Of a stretch of DNA of 64,000 nucleotides, positions 33,701 to 43,214 are shown piece by piece. The position numbers were made by a program, and so were the translations under genes. How positions within the stretch are numbered: position 1 is the stretch's first letter; the number at the start of each line of letters is the position of its first letter. Below the pieces are notes generated by a model that worked only from the letters and a program-made list of their open reading frames with translations, was not told the DNA's origin and did not search any database. This DNA comes from a virus (lineage: Duplodnaviria > Heunggongvirae > Uroviricota > Caudoviricetes). The DNA is taken from IMG/VR virus record IMGVR_UViG_3300033121_000168, positions 1-64,000 of that record. One strand, 5' to 3'.

Positions 33701-36423
33701 ATATGACTGAGAAACTTAATAAGCAGCAGGAAGAACAGAATCTTAAGTTTAAGGAAGCTAAGAAAGTCTATGAAGCTGCAGGTATTGCACGTTCCAAGGG
33801 AATGTTAGATCCAGCAACATCAGGTGATACACAAGTACAGTTAAATCAGGTATATACAGATGCTAAAGTTGTATATGATAATGCAGCTAAAGCTATGGAT
33901 GATCTGAAGGCTAAAAATACTGACTTAGTTAAAGTAGCTGGGGACACTGCTGGAATTAGTAATCAAATTGCTAGATTTAAAGAATTATCTGACACTGTAA
34001 ATAGTATCAATCTTGGTCAGACTTTAGCTAGTGGATTTGATTCTGCAAGTAATTCAATTGCTGGTTTAATCAATATGGTTGGAAAGCTCACTAAATCATA
34101 TGAAGATTATCAATCTGTACGTGGTAAAGCTAGTGATGATAAAGAACGTCAGAAGCTAGATCTTAAGTATGGTAAAAATATGATAAATACTCTTGGTGAT
34201 ATGGCAGGTGCTGCAAAGGGTTACTTTGCTGAACATACTGCTGGTTACAAAGTATTGAGTGCTTTTGAAGGTATTTTCAAAACCATGCAAATTGCAGAAG
34301 CTGCTTATACTGTTGCTAGTACAGCCGCGAGTGCATTACGTGCTGCTGCTGCTGGTGTAGAAGCATTGGCTGTGTCACTTACTGGGGCACCACCTCCTAT
34401 TTCATTTGGTATGTTTGCTGCAACAGCCGCTTTACTTGCTGGAATTGGGATTGCTGTTGCTGGGGCGGGTTCTGGAGGTGGTTCATTTGCTGCTACCAAT
34501 ACTGGAACAGGTACGGTAAAAGGTGATCCAATGGCTCAATCATTATCGATTAAAAACAGTATTGAGGATCTTTCTAAAATTGATACTATGACAATGAAAT
34601 ATTCTGCAAAGATGCTTGTTGCTCTTAATCAAATTGAATCTAATACTGCAGGATTAGCTGATCTTCTTGTATCGTCAGGAGTAATTCAAACAAATGCAAG
34701 TTCTGCTGGAATTCAAACTGGATTTAAGTCGGATTTAATCGGAAGCAAATTAATCAGTGGAAATAATATTGCATATGCATATGGTGGGTTAGCTGGATTA
34801 GGCGGATATAAAGTTCTTGATAAATTAACTGGTGGAGTAATGTCTGGTTTAGTTAATAAAGCTGTAAATTTTGTGTCTGGGTTATTTGGAACTAAAACAA
34901 GTATTCAAGGACAAGGGTTCAATATTGGATCTCAAGGACTTGGTAATGCTCTTTCTGGAGGATTATCTGCGCAATACTACACTGATGTTGAAAGTAAAAA
35001 GAAAGCTTTAGGTATTACTATTAGCACCTCAAGAGATACTTATTATACTGAAACAGATAAGTTATTTAAAGATCAGATTAGTTTGATTTTTACTAATTTT
35101 GCTGCCAGCATTAAATCTGCTGGACCTTTATTGGGGGCTTCTCTTGATGATATTACAAATAAGTTGAATTCTTTTGTCATCAATATTGGAAGAGTTGAAA
35201 CTTCAGGTCTTTCTCAAGAGGATCTTCAGAAGAGACTTAGCGCAGTATTCAGTGCATTTGGTGATAATTTAGCTTCTTCAATTTTACCTGGATTTGAAAA
35301 ATTCCAGAAAGTTGGTGAAGGTTACTATCAGACTATTGTACGTGTTGCGAGTGGTATTGAAGAGGCTAGAAATCTTTTAGATAACTTTGGAATTTCAATG
35401 ATAGGTGTTCAATCTGTCATGAATAAACAAGGAGAAGTTTCTTCTGAATTAGTTCGTGATAGTATTTTGACAGTTGAATCTTTGACTGGTATTAAAGATA
35501 TTATTTCAGCAATCAGTGGTTCAGCATCTGATATTATTCAAGCTTATTCAGCATTGAAAGATGTTCAGTATGCTTTAGTTTCGATGGGAGTATCTGCTGA
35601 GAATGTATCTAGTTCTTTATTAGCTGGTGCTGGGGGGCTTAGTAATCTTCAAGATTCTATTTCTTCTTACCAAGAAAACTTTATGACTGAATCTGAAAGA
35701 CTTGCAGCTAAAACTACAGTACTTAAGGATAAGTTCAAATCACTTGGTTTAACCATGCCGACAACTGCAGAAGGGTTTGTAGCTCTTGTCAAAACTCTTG
35801 GACAAGATACATCAGAAGCAGGTCAGAAGCTACTTGGGAGAGTTCTAGGTTTATCAGATGGATTCTCTCAGATTACTTCTTCAATTCAAGATGCAATTGA
35901 TGCCACTAAAGACTTTAATAAGACTATTATTGACTATGTTAATAACTTAGGATTGTCTGACTCGAATTCTTCAAGTAGTTACTCTGTTGCAAGACAGTTG
36001 TTCTCAGAACAACTTGGTTTAGCTAAAAATGGTAATTCAGATGCAAGAGGAAGTATTACTTCATATGCTGATAAATTGCTGGAAGCTGCTAAGAATCAAT
36101 CTTCTTCTGCTGTTGAGTATCAGACTATTCTTTCCAGTGTGAAATCTGAGTTACTTGGATTAACTACTGGAGTTTATGCTAATACAGCCTTGACTTCTGA
36201 TATTAGTAGTTTACAATCTAATAATACAGTGGTAACTGCTAATCAGATTGCAGATCAAGCTGAGACTACTCAGGAAATCTTAACTGATATTCTGAAGAAG
36301 TTAAGTGAAATGCAAACTGAAGATAGAGCAGAAGGTCAGTCAAGTATTGCGAAACTTAGTACAATTGAGAAGATCTTTAAGAGAATTGATAACGACGATT
36401 CTATTAGAGTTACTTCGGTATAA
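30703..36423 (+). CDS. tail tape measure protein
   Basis: 1906 aa, long alpha-helical/coiled-coil regions, Gly/Ala-rich hydrophobic segment (..AAALLAGIGIAVAGAGSGGG..), canonical position. Confidence 0.9.
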   Translation: MTLELQSIGFKADTSDLLKVIEVMDNIGTSAEKNSKRVTNSFSDIKKATDSLSSEKVDLGLDDNAISKAKAYVDQLNKAVEAVTKMPKGVGTPMSSGSVTGASIDAGETKKSVDYTERLVLATKMLRGESIALADGLKIQADGFSKSQAAALANLILMGKSIDEINKAKGAFEDLNRMSGVNTFDKSTSGAYRLKKQVEELILVEKLQAENIDLTRKEVVDYARDLERVNQQERDGVVTAKQALADRTKLAGTYKSNASILRKIEAEAIANESASKARGNAEIKRAKELAAAQAYVYGTLEKLNYQVSLVEEGMGKGATNAAFRFEQSLKKLGLSVSEQERLLKEFGDAQTTLAVKQTKDKMDYVARAVAPQITDIVVGLSTGQSPMTVMLQQGGQLRDMFGKMGVEAKDMSKVMRESMVQMAGSVKGTLMGMFGLVQGIFLDMGKAAGASVGKLVVGMNTAVIGFTQGKAAAESFKNSLEGVSSEAGPVIPLISKFGAYLAGPFAIALAGAAASLIAIGIAFKSAFDQQDALEKSLRTTGASFGFNAAQAYDYAKSLNGISQSKAIDVMIEMAKVGGFTREQFALSAKSISEYSKVTGTSLSDTVKMFKDLEKDPVDTLYKLNKAMGNIPLAAIAQVDALKEAGKASEALTLATQLLAKSQSDAVDDIKGEWGTLFTMWMSMKSVFSSVGDWIKEVFAPVPTSTKLVETLKELTRLKQDWIPDNLQAEKIGQLQAEVTKLTEKLNKEQADSKIKADASATSNYIQLGDKELKKARDVAEAKKRETMSFNDFFKSKIEETYGLEFDKIESMPEVYAQAMKLKAGYLVEYNKIHEKLTRKQSSKDSDAIKTLKQDFDSQYQILEKELSSQLELNKKYKEAGILDDQQYFENQNTLLNEYNTERLLLIGEYSRKASAVGSKNSGFLTQLDKQKQLLGVDALKNYGSQIAESTKALNEFYKGLEKVVLENKLLEDQLRGQQDLNISMIGMTPDQQAAAKARFDMTEKLNKQQEEQNLKFKEAKKVYEAAGIARSKGMLDPATSGDTQVQLNQVYTDAKVVYDNAAKAMDDLKAKNTDLVKVAGDTAGISNQIARFKELSDTVNSINLGQTLASGFDSASNSIAGLINMVGKLTKSYEDYQSVRGKASDDKERQKLDLKYGKNMINTLGDMAGAAKGYFAEHTAGYKVLSAFEGIFKTMQIAEAAYTVASTAASALRAAAAGVEALAVSLTGAPPPISFGMFAATAALLAGIGIAVAGAGSGGGSFAATNTGTGTVKGDPMAQSLSIKNSIEDLSKIDTMTMKYSAKMLVALNQIESNTAGLADLLVSSGVIQTNASSAGIQTGFKSDLIGSKLISGNNIAYAYGGLAGLGGYKVLDKLTGGVMSGLVNKAVNFVSGLFGTKTSIQGQGFNIGSQGLGNALSGGLSAQYYTDVESKKKALGITISTSRDTYYTETDKLFKDQISLIFTNFAASIKSAGPLLGASLDDITNKLNSFVINIGRVETSGLSQEDLQKRLSAVFSAFGDNLASSILPGFEKFQKVGEGYYQTIVRVASGIEEARNLLDNFGISMIGVQSVMNKQGEVSSELVRDSILTVESLTGIKDIISAISGSASDIIQAYSALKDVQYALVSMGVSAENVSSSLLAGAGGLSNLQDSISSYQENFMTESERLAAKTTVLKDKFKSLGLTMPTTAEGFVALVKTLGQDTSEAGQKLLGRVLGLSDGFSQITSSIQDAIDATKDFNKTIIDYVNNLGLSDSNSSSSYSVARQLFSEQLGLAKNGNSDARGSITSYADKLLEAAKNQSSSAVEYQTILSSVKSELLGLTTGVYANTALTSDISSLQSNNTVVTANQIADQAETTQEILTDILKKLSEMQTEDRAEGQSSIAKLSTIEKIFKRIDNDDSIRVTSV

Positions 36424-36427
36424 TTTA

Positions 36428-36458
36428 AAGGGGAAGGTTTTTCTCCCCTTTTTCTTTC
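36428..36458 (+). terminator. putative terminator after the tape measure gene
   Basis: AAGGGGA...TCCCCTT hairpin followed by a T-rich run. Confidence 0.55.
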
Positions 36459-36470
36459 ATAAGGATAAAT

Positions 36471-37397
36471 ATGACATCACCATTTACAGTTATTTTACCA
36501 AAAGTAATTGATGATTCAAATTTAGTTAGTTCAACAGTGAGTGAATCTGGTTCAGAAGCTGATCATGGGATTTGGAATTCAGGCACTAATTATTCATTGA
36601 ATGATATAGTCATAGTAACAACTGGTGTACATAAGAAATATAAATCATTAACTGGTTCTTCAAATATAAATCATTATCCTCCTACGAGTCCTACTCAGTG
36701 GGTTGAAATTGGACCAACAAATAGATATGCAATGTTTGATCAATCTGGAGGAACAATTTCTCAAGGTTCTTCTAGTGTTATAGAATTTGTATTTACTGCA
36801 GATAGAATTAATTCAATGGGATTTTTAGATGTTACAGCATCTAGTATCCGAATTAGAGCTACAGATGGTACTACAACATTTTATGATAGGACTTATGTAT
36901 TACCAGATAAAGCAATTCTTTCAAATTGGTATGATTATTTCTATAGTGAAATTTTTAGAACAACAGAATTGATTGTCAAAGATATACCGGCTATTACTGG
37001 TTCAATTTTTACCATTACTATTACAAATGACACAGCAAATGCTTCCATTGGAACTTTTGTTTATGGAAATTATTCAGAATTAGGTGGCACTCAATATGGT
37101 GCTAATATTGGGATAATTGATTATTCAAAGAAATCAGTCGATGAGTTTGGTCAAGCGACTCTTGTGAAAAGAACATTTAGTAAAAAAATGGATATTAGAA
37201 TTGCAGTAAAGAATGAATCATTGGATGCAGTTGTATATAAGATGAATAGTTTGCGATCAACAGTTTGTTTGTGGGCTGGTACTACTGGAACATATGAGTC
37301 ATTGACTATTTTAGGTTTTTATAGAGATTATTCAATTGATATTTCATATCCAACATATAGTATTTTATCATTACAAGTTGAAGGTTTAACACAATAA
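36471..37397 (+). CDS. distal tail/tail tip protein (putative)
   Basis: 308 aa immediately after the tape measure gene. Confidence 0.45.
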   Translation: MTSPFTVILPKVIDDSNLVSSTVSESGSEADHGIWNSGTNYSLNDIVIVTTGVHKKYKSLTGSSNINHYPPTSPTQWVEIGPTNRYAMFDQSGGTISQGSSSVIEFVFTADRINSMGFLDVTASSIRIRATDGTTTFYDRTYVLPDKAILSNWYDYFYSEIFRTTELIVKDIPAITGSIFTITITNDTANASIGTFVYGNYSELGGTQYGANIGIIDYSKKSVDEFGQATLVKRTFSKKMDIRIAVKNESLDAVVYKMNSLRSTVCLWAGTTGTYESLTILGFYRDYSIDISYPTYSILSLQVEGLTQ

Positions 37398-37406
37398 GGA
37401 GATTAA

Positions 37407-38483
37407 ATGCCTATCCCAATTTTACCACCAGCACCATCTAGAACTGATCCTGCTAATTTTGCAGTATTAGGTGATGCATGGGTTGCTGCATTACCAGCTT
37501 GGACTGATGCAGCTAATGCTCTCGAACAAAGTTTACAATTGACTGCAACAACAGGTACTTCCACAACCTCTTTAACTATTGGTGCGGGGAGTAAAACTCT
37601 TAATACTCAAACAGGGAAAGTTTGGTCTGTTGGGTCATATCTCTATGTTGTAAGTTCAGTCAGTGTATCTAATTTAATGATTGGGCAAGTAACTGCTTAT
37701 AACTCAGGTACTGGTTCATTAACTGTAAATGTTACTTCGACATCAGGAAGTGGAACAATTTCCAATTGGATACTTGGATTATCAGCACCTTTAGGAAGTT
37801 CAGCATCTTTCTCAGGTACGATATCAGCTTCTGTTTTTCAGCTAGATTCTACTTCTAGTTTATATTTAAGTTCGGGTAATCCTGTACTTCAGTTTGATAC
37901 TGATGATTATCTTAGTTACGATAGAACAAGTAATACTTTGAAAGTAAGAATAGCAACTGTAGAGAAGTTTACGGTAGATGGAACAGATGGTCCTCAACGT
38001 CCAAATGATGCTACAACTGCAAATGGTTTAGTTAGGAAATCACAATTACCAGTGGATGCTACAACTTCAGTTGCTGGTTTAATCAAGAAATCTACCAATA
38101 CAATTACTCAAACTGGTACTGCTACAGATTGTGCAGTTATGCCAGCAGATCTAGCTGCCTCTATGCTTGGTGGTGTTGGTCAAACATATCAGGATGTCAC
38201 GGCATCGCGTGCATTGGGCGTGACCTATACCAACAGCACTGGCCGAATGATCGAGGTTTCGGTATGGATCGGTGGTGGTGGGGCTTCAGGAGTCTACTCG
38301 TCCGTGACCGGAACAGTGGATGGTATCGATATGTACTTCGCGACAAACTCTGACCAAAATGGTGGCGCGTACAACAACCCACCCATGGGTATCACCATGC
38401 GGGTTAAGGCTGGCTCTACCTACAAGGCGTCAGCAGCCCTGACAGGTGGGCAATCTCTCGATAAGTGGGTGGAGTTGCGTTGA
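37407..38483 (+). CDS. tail fiber/receptor-binding protein with mosaic high-GC C-terminal domain
   Basis: 358 aa Ser/Thr/Gly-rich beta protein; the last ~320 nt (38160-38483) have much higher GC than the rest of the window; followed by a chaperone-like gene. Confidence 0.6.
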   Translation: MPIPILPPAPSRTDPANFAVLGDAWVAALPAWTDAANALEQSLQLTATTGTSTTSLTIGAGSKTLNTQTGKVWSVGSYLYVVSSVSVSNLMIGQVTAYNSGTGSLTVNVTSTSGSGTISNWILGLSAPLGSSASFSGTISASVFQLDSTSSLYLSSGNPVLQFDTDDYLSYDRTSNTLKVRIATVEKFTVDGTDGPQRPNDATTANGLVRKSQLPVDATTSVAGLIKKSTNTITQTGTATDCAVMPADLAASMLGGVGQTYQDVTASRALGVTYTNSTGRMIEVSVWIGGGGASGVYSSVTGTVDGIDMYFATNSDQNGGAYNNPPMGITMRVKAGSTYKASAALTGGQSLDKWVELR

Positions 38484-38529
38484 TGATTTCTAAAATTTTA
38501 AACAGATTACAACATATTGGGAACATAAG

Positions 38530-38937
38530 ATGAAACACTTTCGTACACACTCAGGAGAAATTTACGGGTTTGAAGAAGACGGATCTCAAGATCATTTAAT
38601 TACAGAAGATATGGTTTTACTTACAGGTAAAGCTCTTGAAGATGAATTTAAACCACCTGAATTGACCCCAGAACAAATCCAACAAAAATATGTAGATGCT
38701 ATTCAATTGTTCATGGATAGAAAAGCAGCAGAAAAGAAGTATGACAACATTAAGTCCGCAGCTTTACGTGCAGCATTACCAAACAGTCCTTTTCATGCTG
38801 AAGGTTTAGCAGCAGGTACATGGATGGATAATTGTTGGGCATTAAGTTATCAAGTTCTTGCTGAAGTAAAGAATGGAACTCGACCAATGCCCACAATTGA
38901 AGAACTTATTGACATGATGCCGGAGCTTGTATGGTAA
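38530..38937 (+). CDS. putative tail fiber assembly chaperone
   Basis: 135 aa directly downstream of the fiber gene, typical Tfa position. Confidence 0.45.
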   Translation: MKHFRTHSGEIYGFEEDGSQDHLITEDMVLLTGKALEDEFKPPELTPEQIQQKYVDAIQLFMDRKAAEKKYDNIKSAALRAALPNSPFHAEGLAAGTWMDNCWALSYQVLAEVKNGTRPMPTIEELIDMMPELVW

Positions 38938-39263
38938 TTTTAATTTTTATTTTATTTGTTTGGCTATTCTGGGGTTTATATGCTTTAGTAATGGCGTTAT
39001 ACCGAGCCAAACTAAATAATGAACTAACTCCAATGATAAAAATTCTTGGTTTTCCTTATTTATTTATTGGATATTTATTTGATGTGATTTGTAATCTAAC
39101 AATTGCGTGTATTCTATTTTTAGAATTTCCTCGTGAAATGTTAGTAACTGGAAGATTAATTCGTCATTTAGATTCTAAAGAAGGGTGGCGATATGATCTA
39201 GCCAAATGGATCTGTAACAACATGCTTGATCCTCTTGATCCTCGTGGAAAACATTGCGATTGA
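38931..39263 (+). CDS. membrane protein (3 TM)
   Basis: 110 aa, very hydrophobic N-terminal half. Confidence 0.45.
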   Translation: MVILIFILFVWLFWGLYALVMALYRAKLNNELTPMIKILGFPYLFIGYLFDVICNLTIACILFLEFPREMLVTGRLIRHLDSKEGWRYDLAKWICNNMLDPLDPRGKHCD

Positions 39264-39297
39264 TGTAATTTAAAAGTCTAAAAATCTAGGAAGTAAT

Positions 39298-39660
39298 ATG
39301 GACGAAAATACTAAAGAGAATATTCATCTTCAAATTGTAGCTGAAAGAATTACATCTTTGCATTCTGATGTGAATGATTTGAAGGATTCTGTGAGGGATT
39401 CTATGAAAGAAGTTGCTGCCGCTGTAACAAAATTAGTTCAAATGGAAGAAAGACAAATTCAAAGTAGTCAAGCTATTGAGCGTGCTTTTAAAGCATCTGA
39501 GGAAAATCAGAAAGATGTAAGAGAATTGAATAAACGTATCACTGATCTTGAGCGTGAAGTTCCTCGAAATAAGGAAACTTCAGAATGGATTAGGGGAATT
39601 ATGTATGGTGCTGTAGGTTTATGTGCAATGTTTATTGCTAAAAAAGTTGGTTTAATTTAA
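39298..39660 (+). CDS. coiled-coil protein with C-terminal transmembrane anchor
   Basis: 120 aa, GGAAGTAAT RBS, TM segment IMYGAVGLCAMFIAKKV. Confidence 0.45.
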   Translation: MDENTKENIHLQIVAERITSLHSDVNDLKDSVRDSMKEVAAAVTKLVQMEERQIQSSQAIERAFKASEENQKDVRELNKRITDLEREVPRNKETSEWIRGIMYGAVGLCAMFIAKKVGLI

Positions 39661-39760
39661 GGGGAACAATATGCCTTTTGAAAATTTAGGTACACAAAAT
39701 ACGATCACAAAAGATTTCTTTGATCGTTTACAATAATCTGTTACTTGTGTTGAAAAGTAT

Positions 39761-40417
39761 CATGGAATATTATGTATATGTTCATAGGAAGAAGACTGAT
39801 GGGACGATCTTCTATGTAGGAAAAGGATGTGGGAAAGAGCATGGTCAAAGGCTCGATCTGTACACTGGAAAAGAGTTGTTCAAAAACACGGGTTTACAGT
39901 TGAAATCATACGTTCAGGTTTACAGGAGTGGTATGCATTTGAACTCGAAAAAGAGATGATACTTCGTATTGGTAGATTGAATGATAAGACAGGTCCTTTG
40001 GTTAATCACTCGGAGGGAGGGTGTGGAGGATACAATTCATCCAGCAAAGAAGTCAGCACTAAGATTTCTGAAGCACTGAAAAATAGGTCAAAGACAAACG
40101 AGCACCGTGAAAATCTAAGACTCGGAGTATTAAGATATAATTCAATCCACGGAACACATCCTCGCAAACCACATTCAGAAGAGAGTAAACTGAAAATATC
40201 AAAAGCTAAAATAGGAACAAAGACAGAGGGAGAAAATCCTTTTGCAAAGAAAATAAGATGTATACAAACTGGTGAAATTTTCAATTCATTAAAAAGCGCC
40301 GAAAAGTGGATGATTTCTATCGGCTTCTACAAGGCCAGTTCAAATACAATCGGTTTAGTACTTAAAGGAATTTTTAAACAATACCATGGTTATTCGTGGG
40401 AGTATGTAAAGGATTAA
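39761..40417 (+). pseudogene. GIY-YIG homing endonuclease gene disrupted by a frameshift (free-standing)
   Basis: Frame 1 MEYYVYVHRKKTDGTIFYVGKG.. (GIY-YIG motif), then frame +1 from ~39830 ..HWKRVVQKHGFTVEII..EKEMILRIG.. plus NUMOD3-like repeats (KISEALKNRSK, SKLKISKAKIG) and a C-terminal DNA-binding region; shift lies in GGAAAAGGATGTGGGAAAGAGC. Confidence 0.7.
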
Positions 40418-40419
40418 AT

Positions 40420-40929
40420 ATGTTACCTATTATAGCAAACATTGTGTCTAGTTTAATTGCTGGAAATTTACCTTCTGTAGCTAAAGCTGTAGTTGACAAA
40501 GGAGTTGATTATGTTTCAGATAAATTAGGAGTAGAACTTAAACCTGATATGTCTAATGAAGATATTCAGAAGATTGCGGAAGCTGCTCAAAAGCACGAAG
40601 AATTTTGCATTGAACAATCTTATAAAGATACTGCAGATGCAAGAGATATGCAAAAGGAAGCTTTAAAGCAAACTGATGTTTGGTCTAAAAGATTTATTTA
40701 TATCTTTGCTGGTGCATGGTCAATCTTTGCAATGATCTTTATTTTTGCAATCTCATTTGGACATATTCAACCAGACTCAGTTCGATTTGTAGATACCATT
40801 TTAGGATTTCTTCTTGGTACTGTAGTTAGTACAGTGATTCAGTTCTTCTTTGGTAGTAGTGTTACTTCTAGAAAGAGAACAGATGAATTAGTAGAAGGAT
40901 TAAAAGATGCTCGAAAATCTAACAATTGA
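40420..40929 (+). CDS. holin-like membrane protein (putative)
   Basis: ATG at 40420 (the listed 40396 start overlaps the upstream gene); two C-terminal TM helices; immediately upstream of the endolysin with overlapping stop/start. Confidence 0.45.
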   Translation: MLPIIANIVSSLIAGNLPSVAKAVVDKGVDYVSDKLGVELKPDMSNEDIQKIAEAAQKHEEFCIEQSYKDTADARDMQKEALKQTDVWSKRFIYIFAGAWSIFAMIFIFAISFGHIQPDSVRFVDTILGFLLGTVVSTVIQFFFGSSVTSRKRTDELVEGLKDARKSNN

Positions 40930-41593
40930 ACAACTTCAAGTTTGTACTGGAGCAAATAAATCGAATGCTGAAGTATTCCTACCTTATATTAAAGAAGTTT
41001 GTAAGTCTTTTGGAATTAATACTCCTAAAAGGCTTGCAGCTTTTTTATCTCAAGTTGGGCATGAATCAGCAGGGTTATCTTGTTTACAAGAGAATTTGAA
41101 CTACAGCGCAGACGGATTAGCTAATACATGGCCTAACAGGTACGCTAAAACGCTGCAAAACGGCGTATACGCTAAAAATCCAGTTGGGAGATACCTACCC
41201 TCAGACCTAGCCTTAAAAATCGCTAGAAAGCCTGTTTTAATCGCTAACAACTGCTATGCAAATCGAATGGGTAATGGGAATGAGAGTTCAGGTGATGGTT
41301 GGAAGTTTAGAGGTAGAGGACTTAAGCAATTAACTGGAAAGTCTAATTATGTTCAACTTACTCTTGAAACGGGTATTAATTTTGTTTCTAATCCTGATCT
41401 TCTTTTACAACCTTCTTATGGAGTTATTTCTGCCTGTGTATTCTGGAAAATAAATAATCTTGAATATTATGCAGATAAAGAAGATATTGAAGGTTTGACT
41501 AAGAAGATCAATGGTGGATTAAATGGAATAAAAAATCGTAAAGCTTTATTTGATAAAGCTATTGAAATTTTACAGAAAGGTTATAATGAATAA
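40907..41593 (+). CDS. endolysin, glycoside hydrolase family 19 (chitinase-like lysozyme)
   Basis: ..LAAFLSQVGHESAGLSCLQENLNYSADGL.. matches the GH19 catalytic region (Q-x-x-H-E-S/T); 228 aa. Confidence 0.8.
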   Translation: MLENLTIEQLQVCTGANKSNAEVFLPYIKEVCKSFGINTPKRLAAFLSQVGHESAGLSCLQENLNYSADGLANTWPNRYAKTLQNGVYAKNPVGRYLPSDLALKIARKPVLIANNCYANRMGNGNESSGDGWKFRGRGLKQLTGKSNYVQLTLETGINFVSNPDLLLQPSYGVISACVFWKINNLEYYADKEDIEGLTKKINGGLNGIKNRKALFDKAIEILQKGYNE

Positions 41594-43205
41594 TTTAAGT
41601 AAATTTATAGCAGCTTTACTTTGTTCGATTTCGATCATTGCTATTGCTTGTGTTGATCCTGTTCCAGCTACGAATCCTTCAGTTCCTCCTGTCACAGTTG
41701 GAACAACTTATCATGTTCGTACTGATGGTGGTAATATTAATCAATGTAATGGTAAGGTGAATGCTGCATATATTCAAGGATCAACGAGTAAGGATTGTGC
41801 ATGGAGTAACCCTATGCAAGCTTTACCTGCTTATGGTACACCTAAAATCTCTGGCGGGGATACTCTAATCATTCATCAAGGCCAATACAAGGTTGGATAT
41901 GGGGCTACTTCTGGTGCTGAAAAGTGTAACATAGCTTATTCTTGGGACTGTCAGATGCTTGCAATTCCGTCAGGCCCTGATCAAGAACACCCTACTGTAA
42001 TAACAGGTCAGGATATGTCTGGGAGTTGTCAAAATAAACCAACTCTTTGGGGTTCTCAAAGAGCATACAGAATAATTGGACTTGAGAAGAGTAGCAATGT
42101 AAGAGTGCAATGTCTAGAAATAACAGACAAGAGTTCGTGTGTTGACGGTCATTCAAAACAAGATCAAAAATGCAACAGAACTTTATACCCTTACGGTGAT
42201 TGGTCCCCAAATGGGATTAATGCTTATGACAGTAGTAATGTAACCTTGAAAGATTTAGACATACATGGTCTTGCTATCAACGGTATCAATGCTGGAAGGC
42301 TTAAAGATTGGACATTGCAGTCTGTCAGGATTGCGGCCAATGGGTGGGCAGGTTGGAACGGAGATATTGGTAGTAGTAGTAGTAACTCTGGGACAATTAA
42401 ATTATCTAAGGTAATTATAGAATGGAATGGATGCGCCGAAACAGTTGGTTCTAACCCCTCTCCAACTGCTTGCTGGGGTCAATCTGCTGGTGGATATGGT
42501 GATGGTTTAGGTACAGCCGCTACAGGGGGTAATTGGATAATCGAAGACTCTAAGTTCCTACATAATACTTCTGATGGTTTAGATTTGTTGTATGCAAATG
42601 GAACTGGGTCAGTTACTTTGGATAGGGTTTGGGCTGAGGGGAATGCTGGGAATCAAATCAAGATTGGAGGACCATCCCTAGTTCAGAATACCGTGGTTGT
42701 AGGTAACTGTGGATTCTTTGATAAGCAATCCTTTACGTTCAATGTAGATAACTGTAGAGCGAATGGTGATAGTCTTGCGTTTTCTTTAAAGAATACAACT
42801 GATGTGGCTTCTTTAGTGAATTCTACATTTGTTAGTCAAGGTAATGTAGCGATCTTAGTTGTAGGGCCTGTGGGGTCTAAAGTTAATTCAATTAACAATA
42901 TACTGGTTGGAAAACCGTACTTTTTAGACAGTACTAAACTCTCTGCTGACAGCTATATTCAAGGACCATCGGTTATAGAATTAGGTAACATCAAATATAA
43001 TCTTAAAAGTATTCGATGTAACTCAACATCGGTACTATGTGTAGATCCAAAGTTAGTTAATGATTCTTTGGTTGGGTTTAATCCTAATCTGACATCAGAA
43101 AGTCCTGCTAAAGATTCAGGAGTATCTCATAGTCTTGTACCTCTGCAAGATTATTTCAATGCTGTAAGAATTGCACCAGATCGTGGTGCTGTAGAATTTA
43201 AATAA
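41586..43205 (+). CDS. secreted/lipoprotein right-handed beta-helix protein (pectate-lyase fold; putative polysaccharide depolymerase)
   Basis: ATG 41586 overlaps the endolysin stop (ATGAATAA); signal peptide with possible lipobox (IIAIAC); repeated beta-helix coil signatures (NTSDGLDLLYANGTGSVTLDRVWAEGNAGNQIKIGG, VVVGNCGFF). Confidence 0.65.
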   Translation: MNNLSKFIAALLCSISIIAIACVDPVPATNPSVPPVTVGTTYHVRTDGGNINQCNGKVNAAYIQGSTSKDCAWSNPMQALPAYGTPKISGGDTLIIHQGQYKVGYGATSGAEKCNIAYSWDCQMLAIPSGPDQEHPTVITGQDMSGSCQNKPTLWGSQRAYRIIGLEKSSNVRVQCLEITDKSSCVDGHSKQDQKCNRTLYPYGDWSPNGINAYDSSNVTLKDLDIHGLAINGINAGRLKDWTLQSVRIAANGWAGWNGDIGSSSSNSGTIKLSKVIIEWNGCAETVGSNPSPTACWGQSAGGYGDGLGTAATGGNWIIEDSKFLHNTSDGLDLLYANGTGSVTLDRVWAEGNAGNQIKIGGPSLVQNTVVVGNCGFFDKQSFTFNVDNCRANGDSLAFSLKNTTDVASLVNSTFVSQGNVAILVVGPVGSKVNSINNILVGKPYFLDSTKLSADSYIQGPSVIELGNIKYNLKSIRCNSTSVLCVDPKLVNDSLVGFNPNLTSESPAKDSGVSHSLVPLQDYFNAVRIAPDRGAVEFK

Positions 43206-43214
43206 GGAGCAATT

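Noticed and set aside
31119-34499. Minus-strand ORFs inside the tape measure gene (31119-31346, 32685-32966, 34305-34499) and 22203-22637 inside the spike gene
   Set aside because: Antisense to long, well-supported structural genes; no start context
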